From an uncultured Trueperaceae bacterium (GTDB lineage: Bacteria > Deinococcota > Deinococci > Deinococcales > Trueperaceae): a stretch of 64,000 bases of DNA. Both the position numbers and the translations under genes were made by a program. The stretch covers positions 352,001 to 416,000 of the forward strand of contig CAWCXJ010000013.1 in NCBI GenBank assembly GCA_963799485.1, in the 5' to 3' direction. Below, piece after piece: positions 1-9,446 of this stretch; the stretch's first letter is position 1; each line of letters begins with the position of its first letter. Under the pieces are notes generated by a model. That model searched no databases. It saw only the letters and a program-made list of their open reading frames with translations, and had not been told where the DNA came from.

Positions 1-783
1 GAGCTCGAGGCGCGCCCCGTACCGCAGCGATTCATGTCGGTCTTGACCTTTGTGCAGACCGTCCGCCACGTCGTAATTCGTTTCGTATATCTCAATAAGC
101 GTACCTATATCAGCGTCCGTTACGGCGTCAACGCGTTCGACCAAATCACCGACGCCGTAACCGTTGACCGAACACCCGAACCGGATTTCAGCGGCGACCT
201 TATCGCCTTCAGTTACGCCGACCTGCCGCATGTTATCGCCGAAACGGGCGAACCTCGCGCCCTGCAGGTCACTCCAGGCGTGCGCCACCCGCACCCACGC
301 CCCGAGTTGGGCTTGCGTTTCGGGGTCTGTGTAGTGCCCGACCACGACCTTGCGCCCGAGCCGCATCCGGGTGTGCATAAAGCCCGCTTCACGGTCGCCG
401 TGCGCGGCCTGGTTGAGGTTCATAAAGTCCATGTCGATCTCACTCCAGGGCAAATCGCGGTTGTACTGGGTGTGCAGGTGACAAAACGGTTTACTCAAAA
501 CCGACAGTCCGCCAATCCACATCCGCGAGGGGGAAAAGGTGTGCATCCACAGCACGAGTCCGGCACAGTCCGGGTTGCTGCCGGCTTCCAGGCAGAGCTT
601 CCGAATCTCGTCGGGGGTCGTGAGGAGCGCCTTGTAAACGAGTTTGAGCGGCAACCGACCCGACGCGTCCAGCGTTTCGGCGACCTCGCGGGCGTGGCGG
701 GCAACCTCCTCCAAGGGGCCGGGGCCGTAAAGATGCTGCGAACCGCAGACGAACCAGATTTCGGGGGTGGCGAGCTGTTGCAT
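1..783 (-). CDS. araA: L-arabinose isomerase (3' end runs off the window)
   Basis: Not in the ORF track. The minus strand from ATG at 783 reads [22 protein letters not shown]...[10 protein letters not shown], the AraA N-terminal signature. GGAG RBS; lies in the ara cluster. Confidence 0.93.
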   Translation of the reverse strand, partial: MQQLATPEIWFVCGSQHLYGPGPLEEVARHAREVAETLDASGRLPLKLVYKALLTTPDEIRKLCLEAGSNPDCAGLVLWMHTFSPSRMWIGGLSVLSKPFCHLHTQYNRDLPWSEIDMDFMNLNQAAHGDREAGFMHTRMRLGRKVVVGHYTDPETQAQLGAWVRVAHAWSDLQGARFARFGDNMRQVGVTEGDKVAAEIRFGCSVNGYGVGDLVERVDAVTDADIGTLIEIYETNYDVADGLHKGQDRHESLRYGARLEL

Positions 784-851
784 AGGGACTCCTAATAAGG
801 TGATGGTCTGACCGTGTAGGCTTTTTTAAGCAGGCCTGCTACATCAGACTG

Positions 852-909
852 ATGTGAACGTTCACATACTCTAGACTTCGATTGTAGGCTTCAGCTGTGG
901 GCGCGTCAA
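852..909 (-). promoter_or_regulatory. araA promoter with palindromic operator
   Basis: TTGACG(909-904)-17-TACAAT(886-881), with the perfect palindrome ATGTGAACGTTCACAT at 852-867 just downstream. Confidence 0.8.
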
Positions 910-971
910 GCTGACCGGGGCGAGCCGTGAAAAGAGCTGAGTAGCCCCTGAGCGGTATCAAATAGCGACCC

Positions 972-1953
972 TCAAGGCGCAGCCGCGACTACCGGCCACC
1001 CGTCGGCACGCCAGAGGAGCGCCTTGACCCGTAAGGTCGGTACCCCGGCGAACTCGGCGTCATAGGCATGGTAGAGAATTTTATCGCCCGTTTTTTCTTG
1101 TAGCACCGCGTTGTGTCCGGGGCCGCGCCAGCGCCCGGCACCTTCAATCAGCAATGTTCCACCGCCCGCCATCATCGGTACGCCGGCTTTGTCCAGATAA
1201 GGGCCGGTAATCTTTTGTGCCCGGCCTACCCGCACGTTGTAGGTACTCTCGCTTCCGGCGCAGCAGCGGTCGTAAGAGACGAACAGATAGTAGTAGCGGC
1301 GCGTGACGGACGATAAAAGGTGCTTCGACGGCGTAGGGCGCGTCAGGCCGGGTGGCGAGGTCGTAAAGCGGCGCGTTCGTAAGTGGTTTGCCGGTGGTAG
1401 GCTCGAGTTCTACAAGTTTAATCCCCGTCCAGTAGCTGCCGAAACTCAGCCACACCCGCCCCTCCCGGTCGGTCACGGCGTTCGGGTCGATGGCGTTGTA
1501 GGGGTCTTCGGGGTAGCTTTCGATCACCAGACCCCGGTCTTCCCAGCGGTAGTTCGGGCTGCCGGGCTCGAGCGTGGTGTTCGTCGCCAGACCGATCACC
1601 GAACGGTTGCTGCCGAAGGTCGAGGCCGCGTAGTAGAGGTAGTACACACCGCCTCGGTACGAGATGTCCGGTGCCCAGAGGTTGGTCAGTCCCGGAACAG
1701 CTTCCGCCAGCCACGCGGGTTCGGCAAAAAAGACCGCGCTACATAAGTCCCACACGCGCAGGTCTGCTGAACAGTGAACGGGTATCCCGTTGCCGGTCGC
1801 AAACAGGTAGTAGGTGTCACCCTGACGGATAATAGCGGGGTCATGGATGTTACGGCTCGAGTCGAGCGCCCTTTTCACCGAGGCGTCTTGCGCCCAAGTG
1901 CCCCCTAAAAGGCACAGCAGCAAAATGCCCAGCACGGTTCTGTAACCGCTCAT
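972..1953 (-). pseudogene. Secreted GH43 endo-1,5-alpha-L-arabinanase, split by a +1 frameshift near 1299 (real lesion or sequence error)
   Basis: Signal peptide plus HDPAI, WAPDI, NAIDP and EAPFI motifs in ORF 1144..2040. YYYLFVSYDRCC...GPGHNAV...YHAYD continues in the frame of ORF 972..1235. Confidence 0.85.
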
Positions 1954-1972
1954 GTTCCCCAAACCCCGAGCA

Positions 1973-3484
1973 TCAGGCGAGGTCGAAGACGAGTACCGTG
2001 ACCGAATGCGGTTCAAAGGTATAGGTTGCCGACGCCCCACTCGCTTGAACCGCGTCTTCTCGAGTCCTTACCCCGTCCGGCGAATCAAAGGTATTCGTCG
2101 TTTTCACGTCCGCCCCGTTGATGACAAACGCTTGCCCGGAACCGGCGAACTGCCCCTCGGAGAGCTTCACTTCCGTTTCAAGTTCCTTGTCCGGACTCCG
2201 GTTGACGACAAACACCGAAACCTTTTTCGCCTCCCTGTCCAGCGTCGCCGACACGTCCAAAAAGCGCACCGCGTCGTGTTCCGGCGTCGAAAAGGTGTCC
2301 CCCGACCAGAACACGTCCAGGGCCGTATCGCCAGCGGTGCGGCTGTAGACCTCGAACGGGTAAAAAATGGTTTGCAGCACCAGTCCGTCCGGGCGCGTCA
2401 GGATGGGCGCGATGACGTTGACGATCTGCGCGATGTTGGCGAATTTGACGCTATCCGCGTGCCGGATAAAGGCGTTGAGTTGCAGGCCGGTCATGAGGGC
2501 GTCCTCGAGGTTGTAAACTTCTTCCAACTTCTCTTCGTTGCCGGTGCGGTACCAGACGTTCCACTCGTCTACGGCGAGATAGACCGGATTTTTAAGCTTG
2601 TTGTCGAGTATCAGCGCCCGAATCAGCCCCTCATAACCGCTCAGACGGTCTTCTATAATTTCGGACACTGCCATATACGAGGCGAAGTCGTCGTTGCGGT
2701 AGCCGCGCAGCTCATCGTTGCCGACGTACCAGTGCAGCGCCATGTAATCGACCAGACTCCCGGCATCAGCCCCGCTGAACCTCGCCGCCGCCGCAACCTC
2801 CTCGAAAAGAAGTTGCGCCCGCTCGACGAGGTCGCGGTCCCAGACCGACACCGCCGAGGCGAACAGCTTAACCTTCGGGTCGGTCCATTTCATGACTTTG
2901 GCGTACTCGGTGTAGGCGCGGGCGTACGCTTCAGGGGACTTGAAACCGATCTGCCAGGGGCCGTCGATCTCGTTGCCGATGCCCCAGTATTTGACGCCAT
3001 GAGGGGCGTCGTAGCCATGTTTACGGCGGAGCTTGACGAGCGCCGTGTCTTGCGTGCCGTTGCAGTACTCGAGCCAGTCTCTCGCCTCCCGCATATCGCC
3101 GTCGCCGCAATTGACTGCCAGATACGGTTCGGTTCCCAGTTTACGGCAAAAGTCGATGAATTCGTTCGTGCCGAAGGTGTTGGGCTCGAGGTCAAACCAC
3201 GCCAGCTCCATCCGTGCCGGACGGTCTTCTTTGGGGCCGACCCCGTCGCGCCAGCGGTAGCCCGACACGAAGTTGCCGCCGGGATAACGCATGTTGGACA
3301 TTTGCAGCCGCCCAAGCGCTTCCAGCACATCTTTTCGCAAGCCGTTCTCGTCGGCGTGCGGCGAGTCCGGTTCATAAATGCCGCCGTAAATGCAGCGGCC
3401 CAGGTGCTCGGCAAAGCCGCCGAAGATGTTACGGTCGAGTGTGCCGAGGGTACGGTCCAGATCGAGTTTGATGGTGTTGGACAT
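1973..3484 (-). CDS. abfA: Alpha-L-arabinofuranosidase, GH51
   Basis: FAEHLGRCIYGGIY, RYPGGNF, WGIGNE, DEWNVW and AQIVNVI motifs. Confidence 0.93.
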   Translation of the reverse strand: MSNTIKLDLDRTLGTLDRNIFGGFAEHLGRCIYGGIYEPDSPHADENGLRKDVLEALGRLQMSNMRYPGGNFVSGYRWRDGVGPKEDRPARMELAWFDLEPNTFGTNEFIDFCRKLGTEPYLAVNCGDGDMREARDWLEYCNGTQDTALVKLRRKHGYDAPHGVKYWGIGNEIDGPWQIGFKSPEAYARAYTEYAKVMKWTDPKVKLFASAVSVWDRDLVERAQLLFEEVAAAARFSGADAGSLVDYMALHWYVGNDELRGYRNDDFASYMAVSEIIEDRLSGYEGLIRALILDNKLKNPVYLAVDEWNVWYRTGNEEKLEEVYNLEDALMTGLQLNAFIRHADSVKFANIAQIVNVIAPILTRPDGLVLQTIFYPFEVYSRTAGDTALDVFWSGDTFSTPEHDAVRFLDVSATLDREAKKVSVFVVNRSPDKELETEVKLSEGQFAGSGQAFVINGADVKTTNTFDSPDGVRTREDAVQASGASATYTFEPHSVTVLVFDLA

Positions 3485-3509
3485 GATTTTCTCCAGTTTG
3501 AGCTAGGGT

Positions 3510-4529
3510 TTAAGGCGTAGAAATGACCGGTACGGGTTGCGGGTTGGTACTCGGCCCCGCACCGCCGTTGACGGTGGGCCAGCCATCTTGCCAGGTCATT
3601 TTCTCGAGCAGCGCCGGACGGCGGTTGACGCCGTTGCTCAGGCGTGGATTGTCGCGCGGAATCGCATGGTAAAACAGCCAGTCCGTTCCGGCATCGTCTT
3701 GAATCACCGAGTTGTGACCCGGCCCGACCCAGGTTTCGTTCGCTGCCAGTACGATTTCGCCACCACCCCTCAGCAAGCTCTGCCCCTGGGCGTCTACATA
3801 AGGGCCGGTGAGGTTTTCCGAACGCCCGACGTAGAGAGTATAAGTGCTGTTCTCCCCGTCACAACACGAACCCGCCGAGACGAAAAGGTAGTAATAACCA
3901 TCTCGCTTTACGATATAGGGTGCTTCAAAACGGTCGTCGGCAAGTTGCGTGGTCTCCCCTACGGCCTGCGTACCATCGTCAGAAAGCGCGACCGCGTAAA
4001 TCCCGTAAAAACTCCCCCAAATCAGCGTGCGCGCCCCGCCGTCATTCCAGACAAACGGGTCGATAGAGTTTTCTACACCGATGTCTTCGGAACAAAACAC
4101 GGCGCGCCCCAAGTCCTCAAACGGCCCTGCGGGAGTTTCCGACGTGCCCAAACCGATACACGGGTTCGGGTCGCCCCACAACGACGCGGCGTAGTAGAGG
4201 TAATAGGTGTCCCCGTAAAACGAAATATCGGGAGCCCAGGTGAATCCGCCGGTTTCTTTCCAGGCGGGCGGCCCTGAAAATGCGTCGGCAACGAACGTCC
4301 AGTCCACCAGGTTGCTAGAGCTAAAAATCGGCAGGTAGTGGTTGCCTTGCCCGTCGGCCCAATCGTCCTGGGTAGCGTAGAGGTAAAAAGTGCCGTCCGG
4401 GGCGCGGATGATGCTCGGGTCGGCGGCGACGGGGGTGACGACCGGGTTGGTGTAGGTTTGCGCCGAGACGTGCGACGTCAACAACATAGCCGTCACAAAC
4501 AAGCTCAACGCGCCTTTGAGATAATTCAC
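3510..4529 (-). CDS. Secreted GH43 glycoside hydrolase (arabinanase/arabinofuranosidase-like)
   Basis: Signal peptide; ADPSI, WAPDI, SIDP, EAPYI, SAGSCC and GPGHNS motifs. Confidence 0.9.
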   Translation of the reverse strand: MNYLKGALSLFVTAMLLTSHVSAQTYTNPVVTPVAADPSIIRAPDGTFYLYATQDDWADGQGNHYLPIFSSSNLVDWTFVADAFSGPPAWKETGGFTWAPDISFYGDTYYLYYAASLWGDPNPCIGLGTSETPAGPFEDLGRAVFCSEDIGVENSIDPFVWNDGGARTLIWGSFYGIYAVALSDDGTQAVGETTQLADDRFEAPYIVKRDGYYYLFVSAGSCCDGENSTYTLYVGRSENLTGPYVDAQGQSLLRGGGEIVLAANETWVGPGHNSVIQDDAGTDWLFYHAIPRDNPRLSNGVNRRPALLEKMTWQDGWPTVNGGAGPSTNPQPVPVISTP

Positions 4530-4640
4530 TCGCGCCTCTCTTTGAAAGAATGCTGCCTACAGGACAAGTTGGATGACTCAAATTTGCGCTTCATAATCTC
4601 CTCGAGCCACACGCCGACCCAGCGTCAGCATCACGCCGAA

Positions 4641-7496
4641 CTAGCGCGCCTTGAACTGCAGCGCACCAACCCGTTCACCGATACAGCGCCCCTGCTCAAG
4701 TCCCTGCTCAATCGCGGCGCGGTAGTGGATACCGCCGTAAAGTCGGCTGAGGGCGGCCTCCTTAGCGGCGGCCCAAAAAGACGGGAATGTGCGCGGCGCA
4801 AATCCCAGCGCGTCGTTTGCGCGGTCGGTAAACGCAACGGGGCCAAACACCTCGGTCAGTACGGCTGCCGCCGCCGCCGACTGCACCGAATGACCCGACG
4901 GGTACTCGGGAAACGGCGGGGTGACTACCGGGTCGGTGCCTTCGAGCGTGTTCCACGACGCGTCGATGACTTTTTGAATATACGAGACGGGCCGCACCAC
5001 GTTGTACTGATACTTGTCGCGCCAGCCAACGATAAACGAATCTGCTAGCGCTACCTCGAGCTTCGCGTAGGCTGCGGCGGCCTGCTCCAGACTGTAGCCG
5101 CCCTCATTAAGCAGGCGTGTCAAGATCGCTGTCCAGTGACCGGGCGGGGTGGACGTTTCAGCAGGGTTGTCCGCCCAGTAACGGGCGATAGTGCGCCTTT
5201 CAGGGGAAAGGGTGGTGACCGTTTTGTAGACCTCGAGCGCCTCGGCGTAAAAGGCCGAGGCGGGGTCTTCCGAGTAGGCCAGGGGCGGCGTCACCGGGCA
5301 TTTAGCGCCGGTGGTAAAAGGCCGGTTTTCGCCCCAGGTCGGTTGCAGGGCGCTAGCGAACTCAGGCGGTGTGCTGACCCACAGGCCCGGCGCGCTCGGT
5401 GGTTTGTAGGTCGTAACACTCCGCGCGTAGCCCTCATGACCGCCGTCGGTCAACGACCAGGCGTAAATTGCCGCAGCAACACGCTGACCTTGCGTGACGG
5501 AGCGTGCGAACACGTCCGGGTCGATTTCAGCTTTGAAGCGGTTGCTGAGAGTGGCCTCGAGCGCTGCAATTTTTCCCCGATTCTCCCCCCATGCCGGCCC
5601 GAACATGTACTGAGTCATGCTGGCTAGCGCGCTGTTAGCGACCGTCGGCCAGTGATAGGTTTTTCCCGCAACGGGTTTAGGAAGCGCCGTCAGCCCGTTG
5701 AGTTGACCTGCGAGACTTCGGTAGTCCGCCATACCGGGTCGCACGGCTTCGTAAAGCGTCACGCCTAGATAGCCCAATGCGCGCGCGGCGACCGGCGGCG
5801 AAAAACCGGGGCTTTCCTGAACGAGCCGCGCTGCCAGACCGAACCAGCGCGTGGCAACACGCACATCGTCGCTGCCGTTTTGGTAGGTCAGCGTCCAGAA
5901 CTGATTGGTCGGTACCTCGTTAAAGGTCTGCTTGAGGCCACCCGGCCAGACGACCTCTACACGTTTTATCCGGGAGCGCCCGAGCCCGAAGTGAAGCCGG
6001 GGGTCGTGACCTGCGCCGAGGCTCGAGCCCAACCCAACCTCCTGCATCTGCGTCTGCCCGCCCGCGTCGGTAACGTAAACTCTGGCCCCCACCGCGTCAC
6101 GGTTGACCGACCCGCTGCCGACGAGCTGCACTGTGAGCCAGTTGTTACCCGCTGCTCCGCTGTTTTGAAAAAGCTGGTAGCCTTCGTTCCAGTTGCCCTT
6201 GACAAAGTCCACATCACCGTCGTTGTCATAGTCTGCGTAAGCGAGGCCCATCGTCGGTTTGTCGTCTTTTGGTAAAACCGCGCTTACGTCCGCGAAGGTG
6301 CCGTCACCGCTGTTGTGAAAAAGTGCGTCGGTGTAAGGGTAGTAAAAGTCTTCCATGTTGGGCGCGCTGCCGCCGTAAAAACCGGGCGGCCCGGAAGACA
6401 TACCGCTCGAGGCCAGGTAGATATCCAGCAGGCCGTCGTTGTCGAAGTCGAAAAAAGCCGTCCCCCAACCGACCGCGTTGCCGGGGGGGTTGACGCCTAC
6501 GCCCGTTTCTTGCGTCACATCGGTAAAATTCCCCAGACCTTCATTTTTTAAGAGCAGCATCGGACTCATCATGTTCGAAACGTATATGTCCAGGTCACCG
6601 TCGTTGTCGTAGTCGCCGCTCGCAACGCCCATGCTGTGAAGTTTGGCATTTGCGCCTGCCGCCTCGGAAACATCGGTAAAACACCAGCCGCCGCAACCGG
6701 GGCCGTCGTTGCGCCACAGCACGTTCCCGATAGGGTTCGCCATCTTGTCGTTGGCGACGAACAGATCGGGGTCGCCGTCGTTGTCGAAATCGCCGAACGT
6801 GGCAGCGAAACCTGCGCCGAGGGTTTTTTCCTCTACCAGCAAAGCGGTTACGTCCGTAAAGGTACCGTCGCCACCGTTATGAAAAAGCCGGTCACGGCTG
6901 AGGCTGACATTTTCCGGGTCGCATTCGGGCAGACACGACCAGTTGACGACGTAAAGGTCTAAAAAGCCGTCACCGTCGTAGTCGCCCCACGTCGCCGACT
7001 CGCCCTTACCGGTATCGCCGACGCCCGCTCGAGCGGTTACGTCGGTGAACCCTTCGCCTGCGTTATTTTTGAACAGCATGTTGGCCCCGGCGTTCAGAAC
7101 GTAGAGGTCGCGCCAGCCGTCGTTATCAAAATCGGCCCAGACCGCGCCGCCGCTCGTAGCCTCCGGCAAACTCACCTGCGTAGCAAAGGGCGAGACCGTA
7201 AACGTCCCGTCGCCAACATTGTGGTAAAGCACGTTGAGGTCTTGATTACCCGTCACGTAGAGGTCTAGGAAGCCGTCGTTGTCGTAATCACCCCAGGCTT
7301 GCCCGACGCCCAGATAGCCCTCGCCGCGCCCTTCGGGGTCCCAGATCGCACGGTGACTTGCGCGGATACCCGCCGCGCCACTTACATCGGTAAATCGTGT
7401 GGTGGATTGGGCGGGACTCGAGCCCCACGCTCCCGGTAAAACGCCGGCCAGCAGCAAGGTAAAGCCAAAAGCGCGTAAGTGGGACGCGGTGTTCAT
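4641..7496 (-). CDS. Secreted CRTAC1-like FG-GAP repeat + ASPIC/UnbV protein fused to a vanadium-dependent haloperoxidase (PAP2 superfamily) domain
   Basis: Signal peptide; about 7 xD(Y/F)D(N/G)DGxxD repeats; ASPIC-type DAVGARV...LHFGLG...VVWPGG; C-terminal KYQYNVVRP, PPFPEYPSGHS and SRLYGGIHY. Confidence 0.88.
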   Translation of the reverse strand: MNTASHLRAFGFTLLLAGVLPGAWGSSPAQSTTRFTDVSGAAGIRASHRAIWDPEGRGEGYLGVGQAWGDYDNDGFLDLYVTGNQDLNVLYHNVGDGTFTVSPFATQVSLPEATSGGAVWADFDNDGWRDLYVLNAGANMLFKNNAGEGFTDVTARAGVGDTGKGESATWGDYDGDGFLDLYVVNWSCLPECDPENVSLSRDRLFHNGGDGTFTDVTALLVEEKTLGAGFAATFGDFDNDGDPDLFVANDKMANPIGNVLWRNDGPGCGGWCFTDVSEAAGANAKLHSMGVASGDYDNDGDLDIYVSNMMSPMLLLKNEGLGNFTDVTQETGVGVNPPGNAVGWGTAFFDFDNDGLLDIYLASSGMSSGPPGFYGGSAPNMEDFYYPYTDALFHNSGDGTFADVSAVLPKDDKPTMGLAYADYDNDGDVDFVKGNWNEGYQLFQNSGAAGNNWLTVQLVGSGSVNRDAVGARVYVTDAGGQTQMQEVGLGSSLGAGHDPRLHFGLGRSRIKRVEVVWPGGLKQTFNEVPTNQFWTLTYQNGSDDVRVATRWFGLAARLVQESPGFSPPVAARALGYLGVTLYEAVRPGMADYRSLAGQLNGLTALPKPVAGKTYHWPTVANSALASMTQYMFGPAWGENRGKIAALEATLSNRFKAEIDPDVFARSVTQGQRVAAAIYAWSLTDGGHEGYARSVTTYKPPSAPGLWVSTPPEFASALQPTWGENRPFTTGAKCPVTPPLAYSEDPASAFYAEALEVYKTVTTLSPERRTIARYWADNPAETSTPPGHWTAILTRLLNEGGYSLEQAAAAYAKLEVALADSFIVGWRDKYQYNVVRPVSYIQKVIDASWNTLEGTDPVVTPPFPEYPSGHSVQSAAAAAVLTEVFGPVAFTDRANDALGFAPRTFPSFWAAAKEAALSRLYGGIHYRAAIEQGLEQGRCIGERVGALQFKAR

Positions 7497-7589
7497 ATCA
7501 CCGCCGCCAGACCTGCCACGAAACCTGTGAAAAGCGCACCCGTCACCCTAAGTACCCTGTCCAAGCTTGTTATCGACACCGTGCTCGAC

Positions 7590-8483
7590 TCACCCTTTAA
7601 GTCCGGCCGTCGCCATGATGCCCTCGGTAATACGGTTTTGAAACGCCAGATACGCCACGACCACCGGCAGACCGGCAAGTACCGCCACCGCCATCGTGCG
7701 GGCGTACTGCACACCGAACGCGTCGTTGACCTGGGTGATGCCAACCGGAATCGTCATCATGGACTCGGAGGTGGTGATGATAAACGGCCAAAAAAAGGCG
7801 TTCCAGGTCGCGATAAAGGTCGTAATCGCCAGCGCCCAGGTAATCCCCAAGTTGATCGGCAAGTAGACGCTAAAGAGGATACGCGCCTCGCTCGCCCCGT
7901 CGAGTACTGCCGCCTCGCGCAGCTCACGGGGTACCGCGTCGAAAAACCGTTTATAGATGATGATGGTGATCGGCGCGATAAGTTGCGGCAAGATGATACC
8001 CGCGTAAGAGTTCACAGCCCTAAAGTCGTTCATCAGAATAAATTGCGGGACTGTAAGTGCCTGACCCGGAATCATAAACCCTGCCAGCAGCGTCCAGTAG
8101 AGCAGATTTTTACCGGGAAACGAGAGCTGGGAGATCGCGTAGGCGCAGAGCAGGCAGAGAAGTACAACCAGGAAAGTAATCACGACACCGGTAAAGACGC
8201 TGTTCCAGTACCACCGCAACAACCCGCTCTGCCGCAGCGCCCCGATATAGGCGTCGAACGTAAGGGGTAGCGGCAACCAAGACGGTGGGTTGGCTAACAC
8301 ATCGGTTTCTCTTTTGAGTGACGTCACGACCGCCCAGTAAAGCGGGAACAGCCACAGCAGCGCCATAAAAAGAGTGAACAAGGTGCCGATCAGACCCGGA
8401 ACGTTCGGACGCTTTCCCCGGCGCGTCGTCCCAACCCGGCTTGGGGGGTCTGCGACAACCTGAACGCTAGCAGCCCGGCTCAC
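7590..8483 (-). CDS. Carbohydrate ABC transporter permease (MalG-like)
   Basis: TM helices, EAAVLDGAS loop, WNAFFWP. Confidence 0.93.
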   Translation of the reverse strand: MSRAASVQVVADPPSRVGTTRRGKRPNVPGLIGTLFTLFMALLWLFPLYWAVVTSLKRETDVLANPPSWLPLPLTFDAYIGALRQSGLLRWYWNSVFTGVVITFLVVLLCLLCAYAISQLSFPGKNLLYWTLLAGFMIPGQALTVPQFILMNDFRAVNSYAGIILPQLIAPITIIIYKRFFDAVPRELREAAVLDGASEARILFSVYLPINLGITWALAITTFIATWNAFFWPFIITTSESMMTIPVGITQVNDAFGVQYARTMAVAVLAGLPVVVAYLAFQNRITEGIMATAGLKG

Positions 8484-9388
8484 CTTGGCCCACTTTGCAA
8501 AACCCGAACAAGAAAAAGCGACACGATCAGGATGATGACAAACAGTGCGACGGCAATCGTCGAGGAGTAGCCCCCGTCAAAACCCTGGAACGCTTCGTTG
8601 TACATGTACTGCAAGGTGACGACCGTCGAGTTGAAGGGGCCGCCGCCGGTTAAAAGGTACACCTGGTCGAAAATTTTAAGCTGCGCGATGAGTTGCAAGG
8701 TCAAAACGAGCCCGGTAATCGGCCAGAGCAGCGGCCAGGTCACATAAAAAAAGATTTGTAGGCCGGTCGCGCCGTCGAGCGCGGCGGCTTCGTAATAATC
8801 TCTACCGATGCCCTGCAAGCCTGCAATAAAGAGCAGCATGTTAAAGCCTACCGTCCACCAGATGGTGATAAAAGCAACCATCGGCATGGCCCAGTTCGGA
8901 TCGCTAAATACCGCCAGCGGTTCTCCGGCAATGAGTGTCAGCGGGCCCCTGAAAATACCGAACTGGGTATTTAGGAGCCACTGCCAGATGAGCACGACCA
9001 CCCCTACCGTAAGCATATTCGGCAGAAAAAAAGCGGCCAGTACAAAACTTTTAAGCCGGTTGAGCCGCACCACCATGATGGCAAATACGAGCCCCAGGGC
9101 GGTATTGGGGATAACGGTCAGCGCGACGAAGTAAAAGGTGTGGCGAATAGACGCCCAAAACCGGGAGTCGGTCAAGAGATTGCGGTAGTTCTCGAGCCCG
9201 ATATACTCGCCCGCACCGATAAGCGGCGCGTCCATAAACGACAGTTGAAACATCCTGAAAGTAGGGAAGATAAACAAAACGAGATAGAGCAGCGTAAAGG
9301 GGGCGACAAGAAAAAAGGCGGCGCGCCACATCCGCCAGTTACGCCGTTTTCGAGATCGCTGCCGTGTCTGTACTTGCGTCTGCACCAT
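8480..9388 (-). CDS. Carbohydrate ABC transporter permease (MalF-like)
   Basis: EAAALDGA loop, FDQVYLLTGGGP. Start placed at ATG 9388 after a GGAG RBS. Confidence 0.92.
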   Translation of the reverse strand: MVQTQVQTRQRSRKRRNWRMWRAAFFLVAPFTLLYLVLFIFPTFRMFQLSFMDAPLIGAGEYIGLENYRNLLTDSRFWASIRHTFYFVALTVIPNTALGLVFAIMVVRLNRLKSFVLAAFFLPNMLTVGVVVLIWQWLLNTQFGIFRGPLTLIAGEPLAVFSDPNWAMPMVAFITIWWTVGFNMLLFIAGLQGIGRDYYEAAALDGATGLQIFFYVTWPLLWPITGLVLTLQLIAQLKIFDQVYLLTGGGPFNSTVVTLQYMYNEAFQGFDGGYSSTIAVALFVIILIVSLFLVRVLQSGPR

Positions 9389-9410
9389 ACTGACTCCAAA
9401 AGATAAAAGT

Positions 9411-9437
9411 GCTCTACTACCACGGTGGTAGTAGAGC
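9411..9437. other. Intercistronic stem-loop (mRNA stabiliser or partial terminator) after the binding-protein gene
   Basis: Perfect inverted repeat GCTCTACTACCAC-G-GTGGTAGTAGAGC between the SBP and permease genes. Confidence 0.7.
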
Positions 9438-9446
9438 AAGGTAAGA

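Noticed and set aside
34..795. 253-aa + strand ORF
   Set aside because: Antisense shadow of araA, which has clear motifs, an RBS and a promoter.
1952..3520. 522-aa + strand ORF, and similar long shadows such as 55054..56295 and 55079..56044
   Set aside because: These lie opposite well-supported genes in GC-rich DNA and have no motifs of their own.
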